In this document: positions 1-9,950 of the stretch, one piece after another
Layout of the letters: the number at the start of each line of letters is the position of its first letter
How positions within the stretch are numbered: the first letter of the stretch is position 1
DNA from: Candidatus Dadabacteria bacterium UBA1144
GTDB taxonomy: Bacteria > Desulfobacterota_D > UBA1144
Length of the DNA stretch: 36,233 nt
Assembly: GCA_905181755.1 (NCBI GenBank)
Contig: CAJIYY010000022.1
Location: forward strand, 1-36,233
Direction of reading: 5' to 3'
The notes under the pieces: generated by a model
The model's database searches: none
What the model saw: the letters and a program-made list of their open reading frames with translations, nothing else
Told to the model about the DNA's origin: nothing
Position numbers and translations under genes: made by a program

Positions 1-305
1 ACTTTCTTAAATAAGACTTTCTCTACTATGTCCATAGTCTTATCACATGTAACCCTTAGCCCGTCAATAAAATTAGCCTCTAAGCCAGCCTTAGAAAGCG
101 CCTTAGTAATTTCAGCCCCTCCGCCATGAACAACAACAGGATTTATCCCGACGTAATTTAATAGAACTAGGTCCCTGGCAAAATTAGTGAATTCCTTAGA
201 CCCTATGCTTCCTCCAAACTTAAGAACAATAGTCTTACCTCTAAATTTTTGGATATAAGGCAAAGCTTCTATTAATGTTTTTGCAATTTTTAAATTATCT
301 TTCAT
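1..305 (-). CDS. argB: Acetylglutamate kinase, N-terminal fragment (gene runs off the left edge of the window)
   Basis: My reverse-complement translation from the ATG at 305-303 gives MKDNLKIAKTLIEALPYIQKFRGKTIVLKFGGS...GINPVVVHGGGAEI...FIDGLRVT. This matches the ArgB N-terminus (ALPYI..F.GKT.V.K.GG and VVHGGG motifs). Confidence 0.8.
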   Translation of the reverse strand, partial: MKDNLKIAKTLIEALPYIQKFRGKTIVLKFGGSIGSKEFTNFARDLVLLNYVGINPVVVHGGGAEITKALSKAGLEANFIDGLRVTCDKTMDIVEKVLFKK

Positions 306-367
306 ACCATTAAGGGAGGATTATAAAAGATATTTATAAAAATCTCTATCTTATATTTATTTTTAAG

Positions 368-1339
368 TTAGCCAAGGTCAAAGTTATTAATAACATCATA
401 TTTATTCTTTATCTTGTTAACGTGTTCGTATATTTCAGTTGATGAAATACTTTTATGGTCCAACATATCTCTCACATCAGAGATATTTGCTCCATTCATG
501 CACATAATTGTGGCAAAAGTATGCCTAAGTATATGTGGATGAATCTCTCTACCTAATAACTTCTTAGAATATTTAAGAACAACTCTATAGACCAAATATC
601 TGTCGATTTGAACTCCTTCTTTCTTTGTAAACAAGTAACCTAGTCTATTATCAGAATCTATTTTTTTTAATTTAATATAGTTCTCCAAAAGTGGTCCTAA
701 GTGTTTTCTTTCAATTGGAATCTCAGCGTAGTTACGCCTCTTCCTTAAAACATTTTTTATACAACAATTACCTAAATCAACATCTTCTATTTTAATTCTA
801 GTTACCTCAGTAGCCCTTAATCCTGTAAAAATAAGAAGCAGGACGAGTATAGAATCTCTGTGGACATTAAGAGAATTCGAAGACTGAGCACAAGCTGTCA
901 AGGCTTTGACAAAAAGCACTAACTCTTCCTGAGGTATCCATTTTGTATAATTCCTACTAATTACCTCTCTATTCTTTTTAATCAAGTTTGTTCTATCAAA
1001 CCCCCTAAGGAAATTTATTTCAATCAATTGTTCTCGAACTAAGAAATCTAAAAACTTGGAAAAACCAGAGATTTTCCTGCTAAGAGTACGATAGAATTTA
1101 TTAATAGAGATTGGATCATTCTTCTCTTTGTAGGGTCCCTTAAGTTTCTCAAAATAAGTTAAAAGTTCTTTTTTCTCTAAAAGAGTAGAGAGAGTGCTGT
1201 GTGGTATAGAATTATGGACTCTTTTAAAGTCATAGAGATAAATAGTAATATCTCTAAGATAGAGACTTATAGTATTATCCATTTTATTCTGAGTCTTAAG
1301 AAATTTTTCATATCCTATCAAAAATGTGTTCAAAGTCAT
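368..1339 (-). CDS. Tyrosine site-specific recombinase, XerC/XerD-integrase family
   Basis: The catalytic signature is visible: GLRATEV (Arg I), HPHILRHTFAT (H-x-x-R), LDHKSISSTEIYEH (His/Tyr nucleophile). The N-terminal SAM-like domain (ISLYLRDITIYLYDF) is also present. The start is uncertain: ATG at 1339 (MTLNTF...) or an upstream TTG at 1390, and neither has a clear SD. Confidence 0.8.
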   Translation of the reverse strand: MTLNTFLIGYEKFLKTQNKMDNTISLYLRDITIYLYDFKRVHNSIPHSTLSTLLEKKELLTYFEKLKGPYKEKNDPISINKFYRTLSRKISGFSKFLDFLVREQLIEINFLRGFDRTNLIKKNREVISRNYTKWIPQEELVLFVKALTACAQSSNSLNVHRDSILVLLLIFTGLRATEVTRIKIEDVDLGNCCIKNVLRKRRNYAEIPIERKHLGPLLENYIKLKKIDSDNRLGYLFTKKEGVQIDRYLVYRVVLKYSKKLLGREIHPHILRHTFATIMCMNGANISDVRDMLDHKSISSTEIYEHVNKIKNKYDVINNFDLG

Positions 1340-1425
1340 AAGATGAATATAAATTACTAATAATAAAGTAGTCAAGAACGAGAAAATCAAATTGAAGATA
1401 TGAATGAAATGTGGGATAATATATT

Positions 1426-1932
1426 ATGTATAAAGTCGGAGATAAAGCAGTTTATCCATCTCATGGCTTGGTCTCGATAACCGGAATCCAAAAACAAGAA
1501 ATTGCTGGTGCTACTCATGAATTTTTAATTTTAAAAGTTGTTGACAGTGATATAACAGTAATGATTCCAACTAATTCAGTTCAAGCAAAAGAATTAAGAC
1601 CTTTAGCGAAAAAGAATGAGCTAAAGACATTGTGGTCGTTAATAAAGGGTAAAACAAAATATAAGATTGAAGAAAACTTGAGCTGGAATAAAAGATATAG
1701 GTCTTATACTGAAAAACTAAAGACTGGGAATATAATCATGGCTGGAGAAGTTTTCAGAGAAATTAATGATATCTCTAAAAAAAAGGAATTGTCTTTTGGT
1801 GAACAGAAAATTCTTGAGAACGCTTTTAAAAGACTTGTAAAAGAAGTTTCAGCTTCTCTAAAATCAAAAGAAGAACTTGTACACGCAGACATAAAAAAGC
1901 TACTTTCCAAAGAAGAATTAATTAATATCTAA
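1426..1932 (+). CDS. CarD/CdnL-family RNA-polymerase-binding transcriptional regulator
   Basis: The N-terminus MYKVGDKAVYPSHGLVSITGI..E..G....F..L is the typical CarD_CdnL_TRCF RNAP-interaction domain. Size (168 aa) fits, and the C-terminal helical domain contains LSWNKRYR. Confidence 0.85.
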   Translation: MYKVGDKAVYPSHGLVSITGIQKQEIAGATHEFLILKVVDSDITVMIPTNSVQAKELRPLAKKNELKTLWSLIKGKTKYKIEENLSWNKRYRSYTEKLKTGNIIMAGEVFREINDISKKKELSFGEQKILENAFKRLVKEVSASLKSKEELVHADIKKLLSKEELINI

Positions 1933-3321
1933 CTTTTTTCCATCTACTTTGTTCGGGACTTGTAAATTCAAAAAATCTAAGATGGTTGGAAAAAGGTCTA
2001 CTGTTCTAATCTTATCCTCGGAGACCATTCTATTCATAATCAATGGAACATGCATATGATCACTCTTCAGAGATCCATGTGACGACTTATGTTGTGGAAA
2101 CTCGAAATTACTTCTTAAATCAAATCCTGTCTCAGCACTAATAATGATATCGCCACTACGGCCAGATTTAAAAATTTGAACTATTTGAGTTAAAGCATCT
2201 GGATAGGATGTTTCAAAAGTTTTTTCAAGAACATCATCATAGGAGAGAAAATCTTTAATCCCTTCATATCCAAAAGGATCGTTTACAAGAGGAGTGTAAA
2301 ACACTCCCGTTTCTTTATCTTCAAGAAGTGCAATACCTCTTTTACTTTTAATAACTATTTGATTTTTTGTATTTAAGGACATGACTATATCTATTGCTTC
2401 AGATGTAAGCAATTTATCTATCAGCCCATCTGAGTTTCTAGAAGTATGCTTCTTTGACCAATCTCCATCTTCTCTAAGGTATATATGAGACATGGAATTT
2501 CCTGAAACCATAACAGCGGCATCAATATCAGTTAAATACTTTTTATGAACTAAAGGATAGGAAAAGACCTTGTACCCACTCCTTTCGAGAAACCCTGTCA
2601 AATCTAAGTGTGAAGATGTATTAGAGTGTCCATGGTCGCTAGTAATTATTAAGAGCGTGTCCTCAAACTGTTTTGTATCCTTCAACTTCTTAACAACTAT
2701 GCCAAGTTTATCATCGAAGTTAACAAAGGAATCTACTACGCTTTGACTATTACAGCCTGAGATATGTGAGTTAGAGTCAACACCCAAATAACAACAGAAA
2801 ACGAATTGTGCACTTGATTCTATTGCATCTAAAAGTTTTTCTGATGCAACGTTATCTATCAGTTGCGACCCTAAAAAATGAGACTTAACTTTATAATAAA
2901 ATTTAGATATTTGTGTCATATCAAATTTTGAAGGTAAACCTCTTGTAATTTCATTAAATATTGACCTTGAATCATTTACAATTTCAAAGATTGTAGCTTG
3001 TGACTTCTTCAAGTCTCTATTAAAGAGAAGTCCTTCAATTCCAACATAGCTTCTATGGGAGTTTAGAGAGCTTCTATTCTTAGAAAACTTAACTTTATCA
3101 AACCATCTAATGCCGGGCATATTGCTATTTCCTGGAAAGGTACCCATCAGAAAAGGAATATAGGCTGGGCCAGTAGTAGAAGGAAAAACACTAACAGCAG
3201 TAGAGAATGATCCGTTTTGACTTATTAAACTTTTCATATTCGGCATCAAGCCATTTTCTATATGAGTCTCCAAAGAATCCTTCCGAGCACCATCCAAAAG
3301 AAGAAAAATAACTTTTTTCAT
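1918..3321 (-). CDS. Alkaline-phosphatase-superfamily enzyme (type I phosphodiesterase / nucleotide pyrophosphatase-like)
   Basis: Metal and nucleophile motifs are present: LLLDGARKDSL, FPSTTGPAY (Thr nucleophile region), ITSDHGH, HGSL. No signal peptide is visible. It lies co-directionally downstream of the bio genes. Confidence 0.75.
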   Translation of the reverse strand: MKKVIFLLLDGARKDSLETHIENGLMPNMKSLISQNGSFSTAVSVFPSTTGPAYIPFLMGTFPGNSNMPGIRWFDKVKFSKNRSSLNSHRSYVGIEGLLFNRDLKKSQATIFEIVNDSRSIFNEITRGLPSKFDMTQISKFYYKVKSHFLGSQLIDNVASEKLLDAIESSAQFVFCCYLGVDSNSHISGCNSQSVVDSFVNFDDKLGIVVKKLKDTKQFEDTLLIITSDHGHSNTSSHLDLTGFLERSGYKVFSYPLVHKKYLTDIDAAVMVSGNSMSHIYLREDGDWSKKHTSRNSDGLIDKLLTSEAIDIVMSLNTKNQIVIKSKRGIALLEDKETGVFYTPLVNDPFGYEGIKDFLSYDDVLEKTFETSYPDALTQIVQIFKSGRSGDIIISAETGFDLRSNFEFPQHKSSHGSLKSDHMHVPLIMNRMVSEDKIRTVDLFPTILDFLNLQVPNKVDGKKLDIN

Positions 3322-3333
3322 AATATTAAGAAA

Positions 3334-3645
3334 TTACCTCTTTTTCTCCCATTCTTCCTTAGATACAATGAAACCTTTACCGTCTCTATAAACCTCTTCA
3401 CCGTTAACCTTCTCAGAAACTTCATCGCTCCATCTCTCATTCTTTAACCATCGCTGAGGGTGAGGAACGAACCTCTCTTCACTTGTAGCCCTATATAGGC
3501 TATTAAATCTTGACGCTAGCTCCTGAACAGAAAGATTAGTCTTTATTTTCACAAATTCCATCCGAGCTTTCTTTTTATCAACTTTTCTGCCTAATAGCAG
3601 ACTCCAGAAAAGCTCAAATTCTTCTTCTTTTCTTCCCATAATCAC
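3334..3645 (-). CDS. Hypothetical 103-aa protein (conserved-looking F..FW....K.DKKKA ... HP.RWL.NERW.D pattern)
   Basis: This ORF fills the gap between bioF and the AlkP gene on the same strand. The pattern resembles a widespread uncharacterised small-protein family; I cannot name a function. Confidence 0.5.
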   Translation of the reverse strand: MIMGRKEEEFELFWSLLLGRKVDKKKARMEFVKIKTNLSVQELASRFNSLYRATSEERFVPHPQRWLKNERWSDEVSEKVNGEEVYRDGKGFIVSKEEWEKKR

Positions 3646-3695
3646 AATCTCTTAAAAGTTTACCTTCTCTTGTATGATTTACTATTTAATCTAGA

Positions 3696-4877
3696 TTAAT
3701 TAGAGAATTTTTCTAGTTTCTTCATTACTTTAATTAATTTATCAATATGCTTTTTCTTATGAGTAGACATAAATGTTAACCTAATTCTTGATTCTCCAAC
3801 TGGTACCGAAGGAGGTCTTACTGCAGGAATATAAATCTGATTCTCTAGTAAGAATTTAGAATACATAAGGGCTTTTCTTTCATCACCAACAATTATAGGA
3901 ACAATTGGTGTAGTAGATTTTAAGTAATTGTGGCTTGAACCTTCAAGGTAACTTTGGAAGTACTTAATATTATCATAGAGCTTCTCTCTCAAAATATTAT
4001 CTTTTCTAATTATAGATATAGCCTTTAGAGAAGCACTAAGTGCCGGGGCGGGAAGAGAAGTGTCGAATATGAAAGACCTGGCCTTGTTCTTTAAGAAATC
4101 AATCAAGTCTCTAGATCCTGCAACATATCCTCCGATTGAACCTACTGCCTTTGACAAAGTACCCATACAAATATCAATTTTATCTTGAACCTGAAACATT
4201 TCTGATGCACCACTACCAGTATCTCCTAAAACTCCAGTTGCATGTGCTTCGTCAATCATAGAAATGCAATCATACTCATCGCATAATTCAACAATCTTGT
4301 CCAATGGTGCAATGTCCCCATCCATACTAAAAACACTGTCGGTCAAAATCATCTTTTTTTCTTTATTAGATTTATATTTTTGAAGCTTTTTCTTCAAATC
4401 TACCATATCGGAGTGCTTATATATAACTATTTTACTTCCTGCTAACCTGGCACCATCAATTAGGCATGCATGGTTTAGCTCATCACTAAAGATTATATCT
4501 TTCTTACTCATTATAGAAGGAATAGTCCCTATGCTAGCTAGGTAACCTGAGCTGAAGACTATTGAATCTTCAGTTTTTTTAAAACTTGCAATTTCCTCTT
4601 CTAACTTACGATGCAAACTAGAAGTGCCCGTAACTAGCCTTGATCCTCCAGTCCCAACACCATACTTTGAAGCAGAACTAATAGAAGAATTAATTACTTT
4701 TGGATTCGTTGTTAATCCTAAGTAATTATTAGATGCAAACTGATAACAGCTTTTCTTATTTATAATAACTTCTGGGCTCATAGAAGATGATATTTCAACT
4801 AAAGTTCTGTGTAGATTAGATTCTTTAATCTTAGTGAGATTCTTTTTAACCCAGTAATCAAGACTATTAACTTTCAT
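3696..4877 (-). CDS. bioF: 8-amino-7-oxononanoate synthase
   Basis: The fold-type I PLP alpha-oxoamine synthase pattern is present: NNYLGL, DELNHACLIDG, DEAHATG, GTLSKAVGS (PLP lysine). It overlaps the bioA stop by 11 nt within the bio operon. Confidence 0.85.
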   Translation of the reverse strand: MKVNSLDYWVKKNLTKIKESNLHRTLVEISSSMSPEVIINKKSCYQFASNNYLGLTTNPKVINSSISSASKYGVGTGGSRLVTGTSSLHRKLEEEIASFKKTEDSIVFSSGYLASIGTIPSIMSKKDIIFSDELNHACLIDGARLAGSKIVIYKHSDMVDLKKKLQKYKSNKEKKMILTDSVFSMDGDIAPLDKIVELCDEYDCISMIDEAHATGVLGDTGSGASEMFQVQDKIDICMGTLSKAVGSIGGYVAGSRDLIDFLKNKARSFIFDTSLPAPALSASLKAISIIRKDNILREKLYDNIKYFQSYLEGSSHNYLKSTTPIVPIIVGDERKALMYSKFLLENQIYIPAVRPPSVPVGESRIRLTFMSTHKKKHIDKLIKVMKKLEKFSN

Positions 4878-6189
4878 TTTCTGTTGCTTCTTTTATCGAC
4901 TTATAAATAGATTTTGTAAGCTTCTTTAGTTCTTTTTGTTTAATTGAAATTGGTGGCATTATAACTATAGTGTCCCCAAGAGGTCTGATTAGAACACCTT
5001 CTCGCCTAGCTATATCACAAACCTTCTTGCTGATTCTATCTTTCAATTCATAAGAAACATCATTCTTTGGATCTTTTTTCAAATCAATTCCTGCCATTAG
5101 ACCCTTATTCCTAATTCCTGACACATGCTTAAGTCCTGAAAATTCTTTTAGTTCATCCTCAAAAATTTTTATTGTCGTTTTAGCCTTTATGATAGTTTTT
5201 TCATCCTCAAAAATTTCGAGATTTGCTATTGCGGCGGAACACGCAATTGGATTACCACTATAACTATGGCCATGAAAAAAAGCTTTCATCTCTTCATGAT
5301 CTCCAAGAAATGTCTCAAAAATTTGATTTGTAGTAATAGTTGCTGAGAGTGGAAGGTACCCCCCAGTCAACCCTTTCCCTAAAACTAAAATATCTGGAGT
5401 TACGTTATCATGGTCGCAGGCAAACATTTCACCTGTCCTACCAAATCCTGTCGCAACCTCATCAAGTATAAGTAAGACATCATACTTCTTACAAAGTTTA
5501 CTAATTTCTTTTAAATATCCATCTTTTGCAACTTTGATTCCACCTGCCGCTTGGACATAAGGCTCTATAATAAGTGCAGCAACAGTATCGGCCTTTTCAC
5601 TAAATAGAGTTTTTAGTTCTGAGATTGTTAAATCAGAAGAATCATAAGATGAAACTTGATAAGACTCGAACAATAAAGGCTTAAATGTAGAATGAAAGGC
5701 ATCTATCCCGCCGACAGAGACAGCTCCAAGAGTATCCCCATGATACCCTCCTTTAAGGCATACAAATTTTGACTTTTTTGACTTACCTTTAATAAGCCAA
5801 TACTGAAAAGCCATCTTTAGGGCTACTTCCACAGCACTTGCACCATCTCCGGAATAAAAGACTTTCTTTAAACCCTTAGGGGAAATATCAATCAACTTCT
5901 TTGCAAGCAATGACGCTGACGGATTAGTGATTCCAAGCAAAGTAGAATGAGCGACTTTATCAACCTGTTTCTTTATAGCAGAGTTGATTTTGGAAACTTT
6001 ATGTCCGTGAATATTGACCCACAAAGATGATACTCCATCAATATACCTATTGCCGTCCGAATCAATTAAGAAAACACCATCTGAGTTCTCTATAACCAAA
6101 GGCTCTTCATTTAAGTAATCCTTCATTTGGGTAAAAGGATGCCAAATATAGTCTAAATCATAAGATTTTATTTTGTTTGAGGTAGTCAT
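4867..6189 (-). CDS. bioA: Adenosylmethionine-8-amino-7-oxononanoate aminotransferase
   Basis: Class III aminotransferase motifs are present: IWHPFTQM, FYSGDGASAVEVALKMA, LDEVATGFGRTG, GKGLTGGYLPLSAT. Length is a normal 440 aa (no BioD fusion). Confidence 0.9.
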   Translation of the reverse strand: MTTSNKIKSYDLDYIWHPFTQMKDYLNEEPLVIENSDGVFLIDSDGNRYIDGVSSLWVNIHGHKVSKINSAIKKQVDKVAHSTLLGITNPSASLLAKKLIDISPKGLKKVFYSGDGASAVEVALKMAFQYWLIKGKSKKSKFVCLKGGYHGDTLGAVSVGGIDAFHSTFKPLLFESYQVSSYDSSDLTISELKTLFSEKADTVAALIIEPYVQAAGGIKVAKDGYLKEISKLCKKYDVLLILDEVATGFGRTGEMFACDHDNVTPDILVLGKGLTGGYLPLSATITTNQIFETFLGDHEEMKAFFHGHSYSGNPIACSAAIANLEIFEDEKTIIKAKTTIKIFEDELKEFSGLKHVSGIRNKGLMAGIDLKKDPKNDVSYELKDRISKKVCDIARREGVLIRPLGDTIVIMPPISIKQKELKKLTKSIYKSIKEATENES

Positions 6190-6198
6190 AAGGTAAAA

Positions 6199-7191
6199 CT
6201 ATTTGATACTATCATATCTATCTCGAATAGGCATCTGGAGGTCTTCTATCATTTTCAAATCTTCTTCTGGCGGTCTCCCCTCTGTTGTTAGATAATTACC
6301 AATTATCATCCCATTTGATCCAGCCATTATTCCCATAGATTGCAGGTCTCTAAGAGTTATTTCTCTACCGCCTCCCGACATTAGAACTTTCTCAGGCATT
6401 ATAAGTCTAAAAATAGCGATAGTCTTAATAGCTTCAAGGCTTGCGACTGGCTTCATGTGAGCCAATGGTGTGTTTGGCCTAGGGTTTAAAAAGTTCATAG
6501 GAACAGTATGTGGATCTAAATCTTTAATCTCAAAAGCTAATTCAATTCTTTGTTTAACGCTTTCACCTAGCCCTATAATTCCACCACAACAGAGCTCCAT
6601 TCCAGCTTTCTTAACTAACCTTGCGGTTGACACTCTTTCATCATAAGTATGAGTGGTACAAACATTAGGGAAAAATTCCCTGCAAGATTCAATATTATGG
6701 TTGTATCTCCATACCCCGGCTTCCTTTAAACCAAAGGCCTGGTCTTCTGTAAGACTTCCAAGAGAACAGCCAACCTCTAGCTTGGTATTATTTTTAACTA
6801 TCTCGATTGACTCAATAACCTTTTCGAACTGACTCTTGCTTGGACCCTTAACCGCCATAACAATACAAAAATCAAATGCTCCCATCTTCTCAGATTGAAG
6901 AGCAGCTTGCAAGACTTCGTCTGGGTCTAGCAATGAGTGCTTTGATATCGGTGAAGAATAATGAACAGATTGCGAACAAAACGAACAGTCCTCAGAGCAA
7001 TCGCCTGTTTTAGCACTTATTATAGAGCGCAAAAAAACTCCATCTCCTTTGTATTTCAGAGTTACCTTTCTAGCCAAGCTTGTTAATTCAAGAATCCTAT
7101 TTTTAGGAAATTCTGTAAGTTCCATTGCTTCTTTAAAATTAATACTTCCATCCTTCTTTAATAGCTTATCTTCTAAGTATTGTATATCCAT
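6199..7191 (-). CDS. bioB: Biotin synthase (radical SAM)
   Basis: The radical-SAM triad CSEDCSFCSQS is present, plus downstream Cys residues and the YNHN motif typical of BioB. I prefer the ATG at 7191 (MDIQYLEDKL); the ORF track extends to a TTG at 7203. Confidence 0.9.
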   Translation of the reverse strand: MDIQYLEDKLLKKDGSINFKEAMELTEFPKNRILELTSLARKVTLKYKGDGVFLRSIISAKTGDCSEDCSFCSQSVHYSSPISKHSLLDPDEVLQAALQSEKMGAFDFCIVMAVKGPSKSQFEKVIESIEIVKNNTKLEVGCSLGSLTEDQAFGLKEAGVWRYNHNIESCREFFPNVCTTHTYDERVSTARLVKKAGMELCCGGIIGLGESVKQRIELAFEIKDLDPHTVPMNFLNPRPNTPLAHMKPVASLEAIKTIAIFRLIMPEKVLMSGGGREITLRDLQSMGIMAGSNGMIIGNYLTTEGRPPEEDLKMIEDLQMPIRDRYDSIK

Positions 7192-7267
7192 ATCATTTCC
7201 CAACCTAAAACAAGATATATTCTACATATAATATTGGCTTTATTCAAACTAAGTTATAATTGGTTGA

Positions 7268-7783
7268 ATGAAAGATAAAATCATCAAATTAAAGGAGTCT
7301 ATTTGGGAAGAAATAAGGGGAAGCCTATTGTCCTGCTCAGACATAGGAGAGTTTGACTCCGACCTTCTGCATAATGAAGATATCCCTAGAAGAATATACA
7401 AAGGGAGAGCTGTAATACCAGATTCTATTTTCAACAAGATTTCAGATAATCAGATTAAAGACTCAGAGTTATATGCTACTGCTATAGAATCCTTAGCTTT
7501 AGCAGCAGCTTTAAGGCTAAGGATTAACGAAGAATTCAGCATCATTTTCTCTAAATGCTATTCATGTATCTATTTTAAAAGAAGCGATAACATCTCCTTC
7601 CAGTATGAGCAGATTTTCTTTTCGACGAAATTTATTGAAAAATTCGGAATTGACTTTAAATGGAACTCTAACAATCAAGACTTAAAAGAGTTTCTAAAAT
7701 TAATGTTCAATCTAATTCTTGCATGGAGCAAGGATCATGAAAAATATACTCTTGACTTAAAAGCATTTAAGAATCAGCTCTAA
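7268..7783 (+). CDS. Hypothetical protein (171 aa), divergent from bioB
   Basis: A long ORF fills the space between bioB and the mqn-like gene. I recognise no motif, P-loop, signal peptide or TM segment. Confidence 0.45.
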   Translation: MKDKIIKLKESIWEEIRGSLLSCSDIGEFDSDLLHNEDIPRRIYKGRAVIPDSIFNKISDNQIKDSELYATAIESLALAAALRLRINEEFSIIFSKCYSCIYFKRSDNISFQYEQIFFSTKFIEKFGIDFKWNSNNQDLKEFLKLMFNLILAWSKDHEKYTLDLKAFKNQL

Positions 7784-7784
7784 T

Positions 7785-8855
7785 TTAATAAGTCTTAATA
7801 GTTTTATAAAAAGTATCTCTTTGAACAGGAACAAAACCTTCGGACCTAATGAAGTGTATTATCTCCTCTACACTTGCCCTATAGGGATTGTTTGCGGATT
7901 TTAAAACATTCTCTTCGAGTAAAGTCCCCCCAACATCATTCGCCCCATAGTAAAGAGACAGGCCCCCCACCTTAAAGCCCTGCGTAAACCAAGATCCCTG
8001 AATATGACTAAAGTTATCTAGGAATATCCTAGACAGACCTAAGACGCGAAGATATCTATCTCCCCCAATTTCCTTAGAAATATTCCTCTCCATAAAAGTG
8101 TTTTCGGGCTTAAAAGTCCATGGAATAAAAGATAGAAAACCTTTCGTCTCATCTTGCAACTGCCTTATTCTAACAAGATGCTCTAAAATATCCTCATCTT
8201 CTTCTGCATGGCCAAACATTAAAGTAGCTGTAGTTTTAAAGCCAATCAAGTGAGCCTCTCTGGTTATATTGATCCATTCATCAGCTGAAATCTTTAAAGG
8301 ACTAATCTTCTTCCTAACTTTATTACTAAGAACCTCTGCCCCACCTCCTGGAATTGTTCTCAAACCAAGTCCCCAAAAAAGCTTTAACAACTCATGCGTT
8401 GTGATATTCGAATACTTTGCAATAGAATGAATCTCTGGTGCAGAAAAGGCATGAAGATGTATACCAGGAACCTCGCTTATTATACGTTTTATCAAGTTAC
8501 AGTAATAATCCAACTCTATCGATGGATTATGGCCACCCTGGAGAAGGACCGTTGTTGCGCCATTATGATAAGAGGTTTTAACAATTTCAACTATCTTGTC
8601 CAGCGACAGAACATAAGAGTCACCATGAGACTCTTTTCTCCAAAATGCACAAAAAAGACACTCAGTATCACAGATATTCGTGTAATTAGGATTTGTATCG
8701 ACGACAAAACCTACTTCATCTTTGATTCCTCTTTGCTCTTTCGCTATAGTAGCAAGCTGGCCAATTTTTAGAGTAGAATAATCCTTTAGTATATTGAGGC
8801 CTTCATTTTTTGTTAATCTCTTTTGGCTTAAAATACTTTTTAAGATATCATCCAT
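7785..8855 (-). CDS. Radical SAM enzyme of the futalosine menaquinone pathway (MqnC/MqnE family)
   Basis: NPNYTNICDTECLFCAFWR is the CxxxCxxC cluster motif in the context typical of the MqnC/MqnE/CofH group. TVLLQGG, GGGAE and a size of 356 aa also fit. I cannot separate MqnC from MqnE by eye. Confidence 0.75.
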   Translation of the reverse strand: MDDILKSILSQKRLTKNEGLNILKDYSTLKIGQLATIAKEQRGIKDEVGFVVDTNPNYTNICDTECLFCAFWRKESHGDSYVLSLDKIVEIVKTSYHNGATTVLLQGGHNPSIELDYYCNLIKRIISEVPGIHLHAFSAPEIHSIAKYSNITTHELLKLFWGLGLRTIPGGGAEVLSNKVRKKISPLKISADEWINITREAHLIGFKTTATLMFGHAEEDEDILEHLVRIRQLQDETKGFLSFIPWTFKPENTFMERNISKEIGGDRYLRVLGLSRIFLDNFSHIQGSWFTQGFKVGGLSLYYGANDVGGTLLEENVLKSANNPYRASVEEIIHFIRSEGFVPVQRDTFYKTIKTY

Positions 8856-8916
8856 ATAACAATTAAAACGAATTAGCTTTGTTAGTCAAATCTAAGTAAG
8901 AAAAGGTGAGATATTA

Positions 8917-9684
8917 ATGAGGAAACTTAACGAAGTTTTTATTAATCTAAATAAACTGATTTTTATAATTTTTATACTTCTTTTACCTGCCAAAGCAGAT
9001 ACATTTGGAAATTACAAGAAAATTAGTAAAAATGAAGTGGAAAGAATAATAAATCAATTAAACAAGAAAGATGTTTATATAAAAACTGCGAATATCGCTG
9101 GCAAAGCTAAGTACTTGCTACCATTAGGTAAAAAAATAAAGCTCCATAAGACTTACAAAATTCAAAGAGACTCAAAATTGCATATGAATATTTATTTTTT
9201 TAAACTAATTAAAGTTGCTGAATTTGTATCTGATGGTGCCCATGTAGAGTACAAAAGAATAAGAAAAAAGCCTAAGAAAAGAGATACTTTTAAGTTTAAT
9301 CTAAGCATTTTCAGTAAACACTTAGATCTAGAGGTAACAATTGACGAGCTAAATAGAGTGCTATTAGGTCTTAACTTTTCTGAGTTTAAAGACGGCAGCT
9401 ACATATATGAGATAAATGGAAATGAGTTATCTATAGAGCAAGACAAAATAACTACAACAATAGACTTAGTCAGTGAACAAATTGTAAGAATTGCATCTAA
9501 AGACAATAGAAAAATTCAGATTACTTATTCGAATTTCATCCCAATAACTATCAAAGATGCTGGGGAGATACAGCTTCCACTAACAATAAGGTTGTCTACA
9601 CCTAATTTTTCAATGAAAATAAATCATGAAGATGATATAATAATCAATAGAAAGATTAAAAAAGAACAATTTCTGATTAATTAA
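8917..9684 (+). CDS. Hypothetical exported protein (255 aa)
   Basis: An N-terminal signal-like segment (LIFIIFILLLPAKA/DT) is followed by a Lys-rich, probably beta-rich domain. Its stop overlaps the HPr start (TAATG at 9682-9686). Confidence 0.5.
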   Translation: MRKLNEVFINLNKLIFIIFILLLPAKADTFGNYKKISKNEVERIINQLNKKDVYIKTANIAGKAKYLLPLGKKIKLHKTYKIQRDSKLHMNIYFFKLIKVAEFVSDGAHVEYKRIRKKPKKRDTFKFNLSIFSKHLDLEVTIDELNRVLLGLNFSEFKDGSYIYEINGNELSIEQDKITTTIDLVSEQIVRIASKDNRKIQITYSNFIPITIKDAGEIQLPLTIRLSTPNFSMKINHEDDIIINRKIKKEQFLIN

Positions 9685-9950
9685 TGAAAAAAAAAATTAG
9701 AATATCAAATAGACTGGGACTTCACGCTCGCGCTTCTTCAAAGCTTGTGAGATTAGCTAATAATTTTAAATCAGATGTGAATATTTCAAAAGGAGAGCTC
9801 GCAATTAATGCAAAAAGCATCCTGGGAATATTATCACTTGCAGCAAGTCTTGGTGTCGAAATAGAAATTGAAACAAAGGGTGACGATGAAGAGTTTGCTA
9901 TGAGAGAAGTAATTAGTTTATTTGATAGCAAGTTTGGTGAGGAATCATGA
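9684..9950 (+). CDS. ptsH: Phosphocarrier protein HPr (or NPr-like paralogue)
   Basis: NRLGLHARASSKLV carries the His-15 site, and INAKSILGILSL carries the Ser-46-like site. Length is 88 aa, with an ATGA overlap onto ptsI. Confidence 0.85.
   Translation: MKKKIRISNRLGLHARASSKLVRLANNFKSDVNISKGELAINAKSILGILSLAASLGVEIEIETKGDDEEFAMREVISLFDSKFGEES

Noticed and set aside
7192-7267. A BirA/biotin operator upstream of bioB.
   Set aside because: No TGTnAAC-N14-16-GTTnACA-like inverted repeat, or any other clear palindrome, is visible in the bioB upstream region.
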